Below, piece after piece: positions 1 through 8,947 of a stretch of 43,950 nt of DNA. This DNA comes from Synechococcus sp. Lineage in GTDB: Bacteria > Cyanobacteriota > Cyanobacteriia > Thermostichales > PCC-7336. The DNA lies in NCBI GenBank assembly GCA_051439605.1, contig JBFRWN010000012.1, forward strand, positions 1-43,950, read 5' to 3'. Below the pieces are notes generated by a model. It saw nothing but the letters and a program-made list of their open reading frames with translations. It was not told the DNA's origin and did no database searches. The translations under genes were made by a program, and so were the position numbers. Each line of letters begins with the position of its first letter. Within the stretch, counting starts at the first letter, position 1.

Positions 1-114
1 CCTTGCTATCGCGCAGAGGTCTATCCGCCTCTGGACCGCCAAATTACACAAAAGGAATATCGCGAGGCTCTCAAATGGGCAAAGCGGTACGGACTAGAAC
101 GGTTGGATCGGTAG
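1..114 (+). CDS. 3' end of a PflX-like (PFL-activating-enzyme-related) radical SAM protein, partial
   Basis: Manual frame-1 translation, not in the ORF track: PCYRAEVYPPLDRQITQKEYREALKWAKRYGLERLDR*. This resembles the C-terminus of PflX/COG1313 proteins (QYxPxxxA...RRITxxEYxxAxxxAxxxGL). Confidence 0.65.
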   Translation, partial: PCYRAEVYPPLDRQITQKEYREALKWAKRYGLERLDR

Positions 115-210
115 GGACACGAGCCGCGATCTGGACCCTCAGTACTGGGCGATCGCTGCCAAAGCAACTTACAGTCAGGAATCACAATAATTAGATACGC
201 TCCCAATTGG

Positions 211-1431
211 TCAACAAAATCTATCTTGTACTATTGCTTCAGTGAGGCCAAACTGTTTCAGGGAATAACGATGATATCCATACTTTCGCTGAGGATTATC
301 TTTCAGCCATTCTTGCATTCCGTTAACGGCTTCGAGGCTCAGTCGGTCTCCAAAGAAATCATAAATTCCATGAATTGTCTTTAGGGGATCGTTCAAGAGA
401 TCTCTATAACTTACATCGTAAATTGAAGTAGTAGTTTGTTGATCGCGAAAACTGCGCCCATGTTTGAAAGCATGTTCTATTATGTTTAGCCATTCTTGTC
501 CAATTTCTAACAGATCGACACGATCTGAATAAATACTTCTAACAATAGCAGCTAGACTGCATATAGATGGCATTACCTCGCAAGGATCTCGATGAATTTG
601 AACAATACAAACATCTGGAAATACAGATAAAAGCTCTTCTAAATATCGTAGATGAACTGGTGCTTTTAAGAGCCAGCGTCCTGGCCAGTGCCAACTCAAC
701 AGCTGTAATTGCTCTCGGAAGTATTGATATTGCGAAAGCATATTTTGCGATCGTAACCAGGTTCCATAGCTAGGTATATAGGCTTGTAGTTGAAATATAA
801 TACTGGCAAAAGCATGCTCGAAAAGATGATTTCCTTCTTCTGGAATTTCTGCATCTATAAAATGTGCTGTTGAAATGGCCGGGGCAATAGTATTGTAACT
901 GTGGATAAGTTTCTGAGTAGTCTTTATCCGGGTATCTTTTGTCAAAATGCTCTGATTCGGTGGCGGGCAGGGCTGCATTAATTCCCAGAAATGTAACCAG
1001 CGAAACTGAGAGTCTCTAGCGAGTAATCGCTGAAGCAGCGTAGTACCAGTTCTTGGTAATCCTGTAATGATTAGTGGCCGCTGAATAGGCACATCTAGAA
1101 TGTCTGGGTAGTGCTTGAGAGTGTCTTGGATGCTTAAACGGTTAACCAGCAAACGAGTTATATATTGGCGCATCAGTAAACGCCCCATCAAGTTTAGACT
1201 AGCCTCCTCGTTCAAGGAGTTTAGTAAGACTTTTAAGCCGATGCGAAAAGACTCGTCTCCCCAATCTGACAATCCAGTTTTCTCTTGGGATGTTGCTAGC
1301 AATGACGCCTCTGAAAGTTTAACAAGATGAATACCGCTTTTCTCAAGTTGATGGCCGCTCCAGTTAATCCATTGAACCCATTGGGGAGGCTGGTTCTCAT
1401 CTAAAGTTGAGCTTAAGGCTAACTGTGACAT
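211..1431 (-). CDS. Sulfotransferase family protein (Sulfotransfer_3-like)
   Basis: PAPS-binding loop IITGLPRTGTTLL, WLLKAPVH and HRDP..V..S motifs; AT-rich, no HIP1 seen. Confidence 0.9.
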   Translation of the reverse strand: MSQLALSSTLDENQPPQWVQWINWSGHQLEKSGIHLVKLSEASLLATSQEKTGLSDWGDESFRIGLKVLLNSLNEEASLNLMGRLLMRQYITRLLVNRLSIQDTLKHYPDILDVPIQRPLIITGLPRTGTTLLQRLLARDSQFRWLHFWELMQPCPPPNQSILTKDTRIKTTQKLIHSYNTIAPAISTAHFIDAEIPEEGNHLFEHAFASIIFQLQAYIPSYGTWLRSQNMLSQYQYFREQLQLLSWHWPGRWLLKAPVHLRYLEELLSVFPDVCIVQIHRDPCEVMPSICSLAAIVRSIYSDRVDLLEIGQEWLNIIEHAFKHGRSFRDQQTTTSIYDVSYRDLLNDPLKTIHGIYDFFGDRLSLEAVNGMQEWLKDNPQRKYGYHRYSLKQFGLTEAIVQDRFC

Positions 1432-1561
1432 GATATGTAATAACGGAAGTGTATAAATGAACTGAATTTTATATCTTGCTTCAGCCTAAAAGCGTATTTT
1501 CAAAATAAATCTTAAAAGCCGTGGTTCGTTGAATCACAGAGACTTACTCTAATTTAGAACT

Positions 1562-1734
1562 CCCTAAATCTTCCAGCAATGGGGAAATTGTTAGAGGCTT
1601 CTGCAGAGTAGTAATAAGGTTTCATTGAGTAGGATTGAAGGATATTACGCAGACAGTTTGGAAACAGAACAGATTGGAAGTTATTTCATGTGAAAAAATG
1701 CCCCGCAAGTCCTCCAGCACGGAGGATTTAGGGG
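1562..1734. repeat. Inverted pair of degenerate cyanobacterial small dispersed (REP-like) repeats
   Basis: CCCTAAATCTTCCAGCAATGGGGAA at 1562 and AAGTCCTCCAGCACGGAGGATTTAGGGG at 1707-1734 face each other. Both resemble the CCCTAAATCCCCC..GGGGGACTT repeat type. Confidence 0.5.
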
Positions 1735-2789
1735 ACCGATGCAGCGACCTATACAACCACTCTCGGCCTGCAGAATTGCCGCGACGAGCTCAGCAAAGCC
1801 CTGGAGGTGACGTCGATCCTTGGGCACGATCCATCAGAATTATCAGGAGAAACTGGGGCCTGAGCATTCGATTCAGACAGTTGATGGGTGGATGCTGACA
1901 AGTTCATCAGAGGTTTTCAGCGGTAGGAAGCAAGGCGCTATATTACCACTCCAGCTACCGACCGAGTTTGAAATAGCCCTGATTCGGGTTGGAATGTGCT
2001 GTAGACGTTGAGCCGAGACCATAATACTAATTTTGTCGGGGTAAAGTCGATCGTTCACAACGGTAATAATCAGAGACAGATCGGCTTTATCCACTCACTC
2101 TTTGGGGAAGCGGTTTGAAAATTTAGCCAGGACAGCACGTGGTTTTCCTAAAGACTAGCAACAATACCCCAGTGACTACTCAGCAAGCACTCAAAAGCTT
2201 GCCGACATTAACTTTCAATAAGTAGAGCAAAATGTTGCTTCTTAGCCTATTTAGAAATTGTATATTATAAGTGATGAGTGTCTTGCCTATTAGTCTTAGG
2301 TGGATCGTATGGGTTATGTTTTGAGTGTCGGCTTTTAAATCAAGATTCACTTTTTATCTAAGAAGCAATTTCCCCTCTTGGTTTTGCTCTGTTTACGGCA
2401 GGATTCAGAAACATAAGGAGGTTTCTGATGTATGCACAACGAAGGCAGATTAGTTGTCAAGCAAGATCTGTTCTATACGTAGCTCTGGGCAGCCGTGAAG
2501 ATGAAAGCTATTGAGTTACTTGCCTCCGACCTAAGCCCCAAGCTTCGGATGTACATTGACTCAATGAGGCCAAGATTCGTCTGAGAGAAGACAGTCAATA
2601 CAGTGCCTATAACCTTCTTATATGACTGTTTCAAGCCCCTCAAATACTTGAAAGCTCTGCCAAAGGATAAACATTCCGTAAGCAAGATACTACTCAAAAA
2701 ATTGTTGGCTGCATAGCTGTAACTGAGAGATGAATTACGAGCAAAGACTGTGAATCCAACAATTCATTATATTTAGGAGATCGTTCACC

Positions 2790-3317
2790 ATGGAAAGTTC
2801 TAAACACATTCAACATGAAGAACAGCTCAAGGCGATCAATAAATTAAAGCAAGAGGCTGAAAAATTTAATGCAGGTGTCAGATCGGCAAGGCGAGCCAAT
2901 CAAAATTGGGATTTTTCGTTGACCGTACTTGCTGTTTTGTTAACTCTAGCAATCACGTTATTAGGAGGATTAACCTTCGAGGGAGAATTTGAGAACGGCA
3001 AGAGAAAGTATATTATTGGACTTGGCGTTTGTGGAGTTGCGGTTCAGGCATTTATATCTGCCTATCCAATGAGGCAGAAGCTCAATGGCTACCGTACAGT
3101 TGAAGCGCGAGCTAAAAACCTGATCACAAAAATTGAAAGTTTACCGAGCAAGTTAACCGAAGAAGAGTTAGATCGCAAATCGAGCGATATTCGTAACGAG
3201 TTATGCTTGCTAAGAATGGAGCAAGCCAAAGTCGAAACGAGTTCTTCTTTTGAGGATGTTACCTTCACCGGCCTAGAAAAGTCCGTCGAACATCAACTCG
3301 AGAAAGCGGCAACCTAA
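2790..3317 (+). CDS. SLATT/DUF4231-like two-TM membrane protein
   Basis: N-terminal helix, two hydrophobic helices (LTVLAVLLTLAITLLGGL; IIGLGVCGVAVQAFISAY), then YRTVEARAKNL helical tail; SD TTAGGAG upstream. Confidence 0.6.
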   Translation: MESSKHIQHEEQLKAINKLKQEAEKFNAGVRSARRANQNWDFSLTVLAVLLTLAITLLGGLTFEGEFENGKRKYIIGLGVCGVAVQAFISAYPMRQKLNGYRTVEARAKNLITKIESLPSKLTEEELDRKSSDIRNELCLLRMEQAKVETSSSFEDVTFTGLEKSVEHQLEKAAT

Positions 3318-3411
3318 GGGAACTTTCTGAAAGTCATTCGAGAACCCTTTCAATTGCTTAATTTTTGGGCTTTCTGCGGCGATCGCTGTTGGCAGAACTG
3401 CTAGTTTAAAG

Positions 3412-3759
3412 ATGAGGCCTTCGTTCCATATCTCTCCGATAAAGCGGAGAAAGGTGTTAGCAATGTTGAAGTGGAGAAACGTCAGAGGCAGACGCTCAAA
3501 GTCTCTTAGAAAGGCAGCCTCAGCAGGTCAGTACGAGCAAAAATACATTCAAGAACGAGCGTATTTACTTTGGGAGGCTGATGGCTCTCCAGAAGGTAAA
3601 TCTGAATACTACTGGTTAAAGGCGGTAGAAGAAGTGACGGGCAAGCGATCGTTTGTTTCCGAGCTTTCCTACCGCATAACAAGGTACTTCAAGGCAGTTG
3701 TTGACTGGGCTGTGAACTTGATAATCAAGCGTTCTCGAAGGACTAAGAAGTACTCGTAA
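3412..3759 (+). CDS. DUF2934 domain protein
   Basis: IQERAYLLWEADGSPEGKSEYYWLKAVEE matches the DUF2934 signature; start uncertain (3412 or 3463). Confidence 0.8.
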   Translation: MRPSFHISPIKRRKVLAMLKWRNVRGRRSKSLRKAASAGQYEQKYIQERAYLLWEADGSPEGKSEYYWLKAVEEVTGKRSFVSELSYRITRYFKAVVDWAVNLIIKRSRRTKKYS

Positions 3760-3797
3760 GGTACCTAAGTCGTTTCGCGGCTGAAGAAAGAATACTC

Positions 3798-4244
3798 ATG
3801 AGACATTTCCGATGGTTCGGAAGTCTGGGCTTAGCCACAGCGGTTCTATTCACAAGCTCATCGGTCTTGGCCCAAACTTTCATCGATCCAACAGCCAGCC
3901 TCCTTTACCCCGCATCTTGCCTCGTTAAGCTTGCTGAAGTCGAACGTGAATGTCAGGTGCTAGCAACTACCCAAGGGGCAGTGTCTGCAAATATTCACTT
4001 TGACTATACCTACGATCTCGATACTGGAGAATCCACCGGGATTACTTTTGCCATCCCATTTGAGGGCCAAGCACTAAATTTGGGTGCAATGAATACTGAG
4101 GTTATCGGAATAGTCAGCGTCTCCGAGGAAGAACAAATTGTCTGGACTAATGGGTCTGGAAACTGTTTGGGAACTCCCAAAATGATTCGTTGCTACTATG
4201 AATTTATAGACAGCACACGAGTTGAAGCTTTAGCTCGCTTCTAA
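3798..4244 (+). CDS. Hypothetical secreted protein
   Basis: Signal-peptide-like N-terminus (…SSVLA/Q) and four Cys; no family recognised. Confidence 0.7.
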   Translation: MRHFRWFGSLGLATAVLFTSSSVLAQTFIDPTASLLYPASCLVKLAEVERECQVLATTQGAVSANIHFDYTYDLDTGESTGITFAIPFEGQALNLGAMNTEVIGIVSVSEEEQIVWTNGSGNCLGTPKMIRCYYEFIDSTRVEALARF

Positions 4245-4647
4245 ACTCATTTTATTCTTTAGGAAAAAGAATCATAGAAGCCAAACTTTTCTTCTATCAA
4301 TGTTTGGCTATAGGCTAAATATTCAGATATCTAATTATCTAATACTTTTAATGTACTTATAATAAATCTTTCTAGAGGATTTTTTTTAAGATATGATGCA
4401 ACCAATCGGAAATTATTCTTAGAGATAAGCGTTACTAGAGCGAAAGCTGTGTGAATGTTATTCTTTCTGACATGGCCATGCTTAAGTTGTGGCTATACTT
4501 TGGACTTGATGTAAATAGATAAGCTTTAGGTAATATCCTTGATGGCTTAACAGTAAGGATAATTTCAAGAGATAGTTGATGTTCGCATTACAAATGAGGG
4601 TTCGTATTCTTGCTAATTGAACCAGCACTTTCTATTGAGGAGATGTC

Positions 4648-6483
4648 GTGACATTTCTAAGGAAAACTAACGGTCGATGGCTGGCGATCGCGATCGCTAT
4701 TGGATTAACGCTTTGGTTCGCTTTCTTGCCAATCGGACATAGAGATGTGACCTTTGCCACTGTTTGGGTTCAAACTGCCATCGAAGAAACGGACTCTGCG
4801 GTAACGGATGCAGGCGAGCTTATAGATTGGACAGAGTATGAAACTTCGCCAGTTAGTGATGAGTCCAACGATCGGGAAGGATGGCTCGTCCTCGGTTCAG
4901 AGCCGCTGTTTCAATTGCAGGGATTTGGTTCGCTAACAGCGGCGGATCGGGCCAATCTAGTAATGTCTAAAATTGAAGATTTTCTCGAACCTAATGAAGA
5001 AGGACACATTCCCAGACCAAGAATTGATGTAGAGTTGGTGGCTGACAGGGAGTATATTCTTCGGCTATTCGATCGCAATAAGCCCGCTCTAGAACCGGTT
5101 GTCCTCTTCACCGTTACCCATAAGGATGCTGCCCGTTATCTGGAACTTGAGGTAGATCGCTCGAGTGTGAGTCAAACGCGGGTAGTAGCACAGCAGTGGG
5201 CAAAACTGCTTGAACCCGCCATTAATGTAGAACGCGATCGATTGATTGCCATTCAACAAACAAGACAACCAATCTTGCTGGCTCGCAACATTTTGTCATT
5301 CGTGGCTATTGTGGCAGTAGCAATTGGGTTGGCTTACTGCAGCGATCGAGCGATTCATCACCTACAGTCCCTCGAACAGAAACACCCCTCCCCTGTTTGG
5401 AGATTGTGGTTCGATACTGGCACAGGATTGGGAAAGTGGGCGATACGCCTCGGCATCGCGGTGGGTGCAGTTCATTTGTCCATGAAGCTATTGCCCATTC
5501 TGGCCCCTTTCCAAAAGGAATTTTACCGACGTCTTCAGGCAACTGTTGAAGTTGTCTGGAACGTCCTCAAGCGCCCCCTACTTCCCAATACTCAGGTTTC
5601 AATCGTCAGCGTAATTGCTTTTGCTATCTTTGCCATTGCGATCTTTACACTTGCTCGCAATCTCAGCGAAACACTCAAGCTCAAATTTCTGTCGCGATTT
5701 CGTCTGGAAGTGGGGAATCGCGAAAGCATTGCGACCCTGACCCAGTATGTCCTGACCGTCTTAGGTGTGCTGCTCGTCTTACCTCTGATTGGCATCGACT
5801 TTAGTTCGTTGGCGTTGGTTGCAGGTGCGTTAAGTTTGGGAATCGGTATCGGTCTGCAAAATTTGACCAACAACTTTATTAGCGGCATCCTGATGCTTTT
5901 CGAGCGACCAATCCAAGTGGGTGATTTCGTTGAGGTGGATGATTTGATAGGAACAGTTGAGCAGGTGAGCCTGCGATCCACTATTATTCGTACGCTAGAT
6001 AGCGTCAACGTTATCGTACCTAACTCCCGCTTTATGGAATCAAATGTGATTAGTTGGACGTATCGCGACTCCAGCTATCGCCTGCATGTACCTGTGGGAG
6101 TTGCCTACGGCTCCGATACCAAAAAAGTCAGGGAGGTCCTGTTATCGATAGCTCACAATCACCAAAAAATTCTGAAATCCCCAGCCCCGCAGGTACAATT
6201 CGTCGGCTTGGGTGACTCTTCTTTGAATTTCGATCTGCTGGTGTGGTCCATCAGACCTGCTGAAAGATTCATCTTGAAAAGCGACTTATACTTTGAAATA
6301 GAAGAGCGACTGCACGAGCACAATATTGAAATTCCTTTTCCCCAAAGGGATTTACACATTCGTACCCCAGGGAAGCTTGCTAACCTCCTACAACCAGTCA
6401 CGAAAGACAGTACCAATTCATCTAAGGGCAATCCTATCTATTCCGAAGAACCGACAAATGCTAAAGACCCAGAGCCATTCTAA
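4648..6483 (+). CDS. Mechanosensitive ion channel MscS family, large, with N-terminal extracytoplasmic domain
   Basis: GIGIGLQNLTNNFISGILMLFERPIQVGD, VIVPNS, GVAYGSD and IEIPFPQRDLH; SD GAGGAG before the GTG start. Confidence 0.93.
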   Translation: MTFLRKTNGRWLAIAIAIGLTLWFAFLPIGHRDVTFATVWVQTAIEETDSAVTDAGELIDWTEYETSPVSDESNDREGWLVLGSEPLFQLQGFGSLTAADRANLVMSKIEDFLEPNEEGHIPRPRIDVELVADREYILRLFDRNKPALEPVVLFTVTHKDAARYLELEVDRSSVSQTRVVAQQWAKLLEPAINVERDRLIAIQQTRQPILLARNILSFVAIVAVAIGLAYCSDRAIHHLQSLEQKHPSPVWRLWFDTGTGLGKWAIRLGIAVGAVHLSMKLLPILAPFQKEFYRRLQATVEVVWNVLKRPLLPNTQVSIVSVIAFAIFAIAIFTLARNLSETLKLKFLSRFRLEVGNRESIATLTQYVLTVLGVLLVLPLIGIDFSSLALVAGALSLGIGIGLQNLTNNFISGILMLFERPIQVGDFVEVDDLIGTVEQVSLRSTIIRTLDSVNVIVPNSRFMESNVISWTYRDSSYRLHVPVGVAYGSDTKKVREVLLSIAHNHQKILKSPAPQVQFVGLGDSSLNFDLLVWSIRPAERFILKSDLYFEIEERLHEHNIEIPFPQRDLHIRTPGKLANLLQPVTKDSTNSSKGNPIYSEEPTNAKDPEPF

Positions 6484-6495
6484 TAACAAGTTAAG

Positions 6496-7023
6496 TTACA
6501 AGATTGAATTTGACTCCTCAGATAATAGTTCTCTGTTTAAATGAACGATTGCTTTTTGCAACGCAAGATTGTTCGGATAAAACACCAGTTCTGCATTATC
6601 CTTCTGGATTTGAATGTTAAACAAGGAGATATTAACGATCTCTCCTTCAATACTATTATCTCCATCTTGAATGCGAATTCTATATCCAATCCTTATCGGG
6701 AAACTGAAAAATAAGATCGTTGCAGCAGTTATACTGCTAAGAATAGACCAACTAGCAAAAAAAGCAATGCCAACTACAGTAAAAAAGCTTGCGAAATATA
6801 TCGTTAACCCTTGAAAAGTTATTTCCCATATTATTCCTAGCCCTAGCAAGAGAAATAGAGTCCACAGAATAGAGCTAATATTTTTGATGATATTAGTTCG
6901 TGCTTGAGAGAAGCTATAATTTGATGCACGTTTGGAAATAAGTCTATTGGCCATTCTCCTGCCAATCAGGAAAATAACAATTAATAAAACTGTCAAAAGT
7001 ATCTGGATTTGTCTCTCGTTCAT
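6496..7023 (-). CDS. Small MscS-family protein
   Basis: Three TM helices, FFASWSILSSITA, FPIRIGYRI..D, YPNN. ATG at 7023 preferred over the ORF-track start 7197, which overlaps the phnE remnant. AT-rich. Confidence 0.8.
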   Translation of the reverse strand: MNERQIQILLTVLLIVIFLIGRRMANRLISKRASNYSFSQARTNIIKNISSILWTLFLLLGLGIIWEITFQGLTIYFASFFTVVGIAFFASWSILSSITAATILFFSFPIRIGYRIRIQDGDNSIEGEIVNISLFNIQIQKDNAELVFYPNNLALQKAIVHLNRELLSEESNSIL

Positions 7024-7229
7024 GGTTTGAATGTGAACTAGCTCTAAGTGAGTTTTCTTGATAGTAACAGGGTATTTCATAGCTGTACAAAGCAGAGTCT
7101 TTCCGAGCTCGATCTGCATTGTTAGTGCGTTTTTCAAGGGTTCCACCAGCAAGCAATATATCCTTGGGATTATTGAATTGCCTAACGCTTCAAACAAGTT
7201 GCGACTTCATTCAGTTGCATCAGAAAATC

Positions 7230-7629
7230 TACATTCAGATTCCAGGAGAACTAATGACGGATACTCTGGTCACTGTTGCCATAGGGATTTTGGGGACGCT
7301 GCTAGCTGCTTTTGCTGCCGCCTCTACTTGCCTTGTTGGCTTCCAATCAGGTATTCGTGCTACTGGTGCAAGTAAGGTCCAGGAAATTCTGTTTGGTGTC
7401 ATTCTTCAGGTAATGCCCTTCTGGACATCCTTTACCCTCTATCGCTTTGAGGCTAACGTTCGATCTGCTTCTGTGTTAGGTATTGTGGGGGCTGGGGAAT
7501 GGGGTGTCGCTGTATCAGAGCTTTGGCTCGTTTCAGTACGGTAAAGTTTGCGCCATCTTAATCATTCTGATTCTGGCCACCAGTATCATTGACTTCCTAT
7601 CCTCTCTGCTGAGAAAACAGTTGCTCTAA
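7230..7629 (+). pseudogene. phnE: Phosphonate ABC permease PhnE remnant (internal deletion plus frameshift)
   Basis: [16 protein letters not shown] is joined almost directly to GIRATGAS…[20 protein letters not shown]. After ~7500 a shifted frame gives [42 protein letters not shown] ending at 7629. The 5' boundary is approximate. Confidence 0.85.
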
Positions 7630-7664
7630 TTGTTTCCCACTGCAGCACCGTTAGGAGCATCGGC

Positions 7665-8033
7665 ATGACTGCGCTTATGGGTCTCGCATTTTTAACGTTA
7701 GGGCTGTTTGTTGGCACCCTCAGCGGCACGATCGGTATTGGAGGTGGCGTGCTCATTACCCCTGCTCTGATTTATCTATTCGGGTTTACCCAACACCAAG
7801 CCCAGGGAACCACTCTTGCCCTATTAGTTCCCCCCATCGGACTGTTGGGGGCGCTGACCTATTACCGCCATGGGTTCGTGGATTTACAGGTGGTTGTACC
7901 GATCTGTTTGGGATTTTTAGTGGGGGGATTAATAGGGGCTAAATTTGCCATGCAAGTGCCTGGTTTGCTACTGCGCAGGGTATTTGGGACTGCTATGTTG
8001 GCGTTGTCACTGAGGATGATTTTTTCACGATGA
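7665..8033 (+). CDS. TauE/SafE (TSUP) sulfite exporter family, single-repeat form
   Basis: GTLSGTIGIGGGVLITPAL, AQGTTLA, YYRHGFVD, GGLIGAKFA; SD AGGAG. Confidence 0.88.
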   Translation: MTALMGLAFLTLGLFVGTLSGTIGIGGGVLITPALIYLFGFTQHQAQGTTLALLVPPIGLLGALTYYRHGFVDLQVVVPICLGFLVGGLIGAKFAMQVPGLLLRRVFGTAMLALSLRMIFSR

Positions 8034-8189
8034 AGGATGCTGTTGCGAAGGCCTAAATCAGCCATTAATTTGAGACGAACCAATTTAAATCTGACAATTT
8101 ACTGGATTTAATGTCAAACAAATATCAAACCATTCAACCACTTCTTTAATATTTGACGATTCTTTAAAAGAAGAACTGGAAGCAACGAG

Positions 8190-8804
8190 ATGGAATCCTT
8201 GCAGGACTTCACGCAACAATCAGTGACAGATCTGAGGGGACTGGAGAATGCGTCCGATGTTCGGGAGTTGATTGTATACGCCTGTCCACTGGGAGATCTT
8301 GGCGATCGCCTAGAGAGATATTTTCAGCAATCTCGCCACAGTTGCGGTCCTAACCTGGCTCATCGATACATGCCTCACTGCACACTGACGGGGTTTTTCC
8401 ACGACGAAGGACGCAGTATTCCGTTCTACATTGATGCCCTCGATCGCGCTCTGCAAGCCATAAGCAAGTTGGGTACCCCTGAGATCGCCGTAACGGGAGC
8501 GATCTCCCAACCTGATTTTCACTATTTAACAGTTGAGTCTAACTGGCTTAAGCAATTGATGTTTGAGTTTGTCCACCATGCCACATCTGCTACTCGATTA
8601 GATGCGCTGCGGTTGAAAGATTGCCTGCATGTCAGCTTAGCTTATGGTTTTGTCCCCAGTGAGCACTATAAATTGCAAGCAATTGCTGTTGACTGTATCG
8701 ATTGGCAAGTGCCAACACAATGGCAGCTGCGGCTACACGAAAGAAGGACAGACAATCATTGGCTGTGCTATCGCAGCTGGGACTTGACCTGTGTGCCGAT
8801 CTGA
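8190..8804 (+). CDS. 2H phosphoesterase-fold protein (Sts-1/UBASH3-like)
   Basis: Two HxT/S motifs, PHCTL and LHVSL, about 85 aa apart. Confidence 0.7.
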   Translation: MESLQDFTQQSVTDLRGLENASDVRELIVYACPLGDLGDRLERYFQQSRHSCGPNLAHRYMPHCTLTGFFHDEGRSIPFYIDALDRALQAISKLGTPEIAVTGAISQPDFHYLTVESNWLKQLMFEFVHHATSATRLDALRLKDCLHVSLAYGFVPSEHYKLQAIAVDCIDWQVPTQWQLRLHERRTDNHWLCYRSWDLTCVPI

Positions 8805-8947
8805 ATCAGGTAAATCTACACAACAATGAAACGCGAATGACGGAAGCTAGCTTCAGTCAAATTCAAGCAATAACAGGCATCAAATCAACCGCAGCCCTAA
8901 TTCACTAAAGCTGGCACACTATTAGAGACGATCGCGAGCGTGTAGTT

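Noticed and set aside
1635..2094. Short ORFs between the sulfotransferase and the SLATT-like gene
   Set aside because: Overlapping, non-ATG starts and no recognisable similarity; could be decayed sequence but cannot be called.
2133..2170. Minus-strand 38-mer GGGGTATTG…GGAAAACCACGTGCTG resembling a Tn3-family inverted repeat
   Set aside because: No partner repeat, transposase or resolvase seen, and it lacks the terminal TAAG; may be chance.
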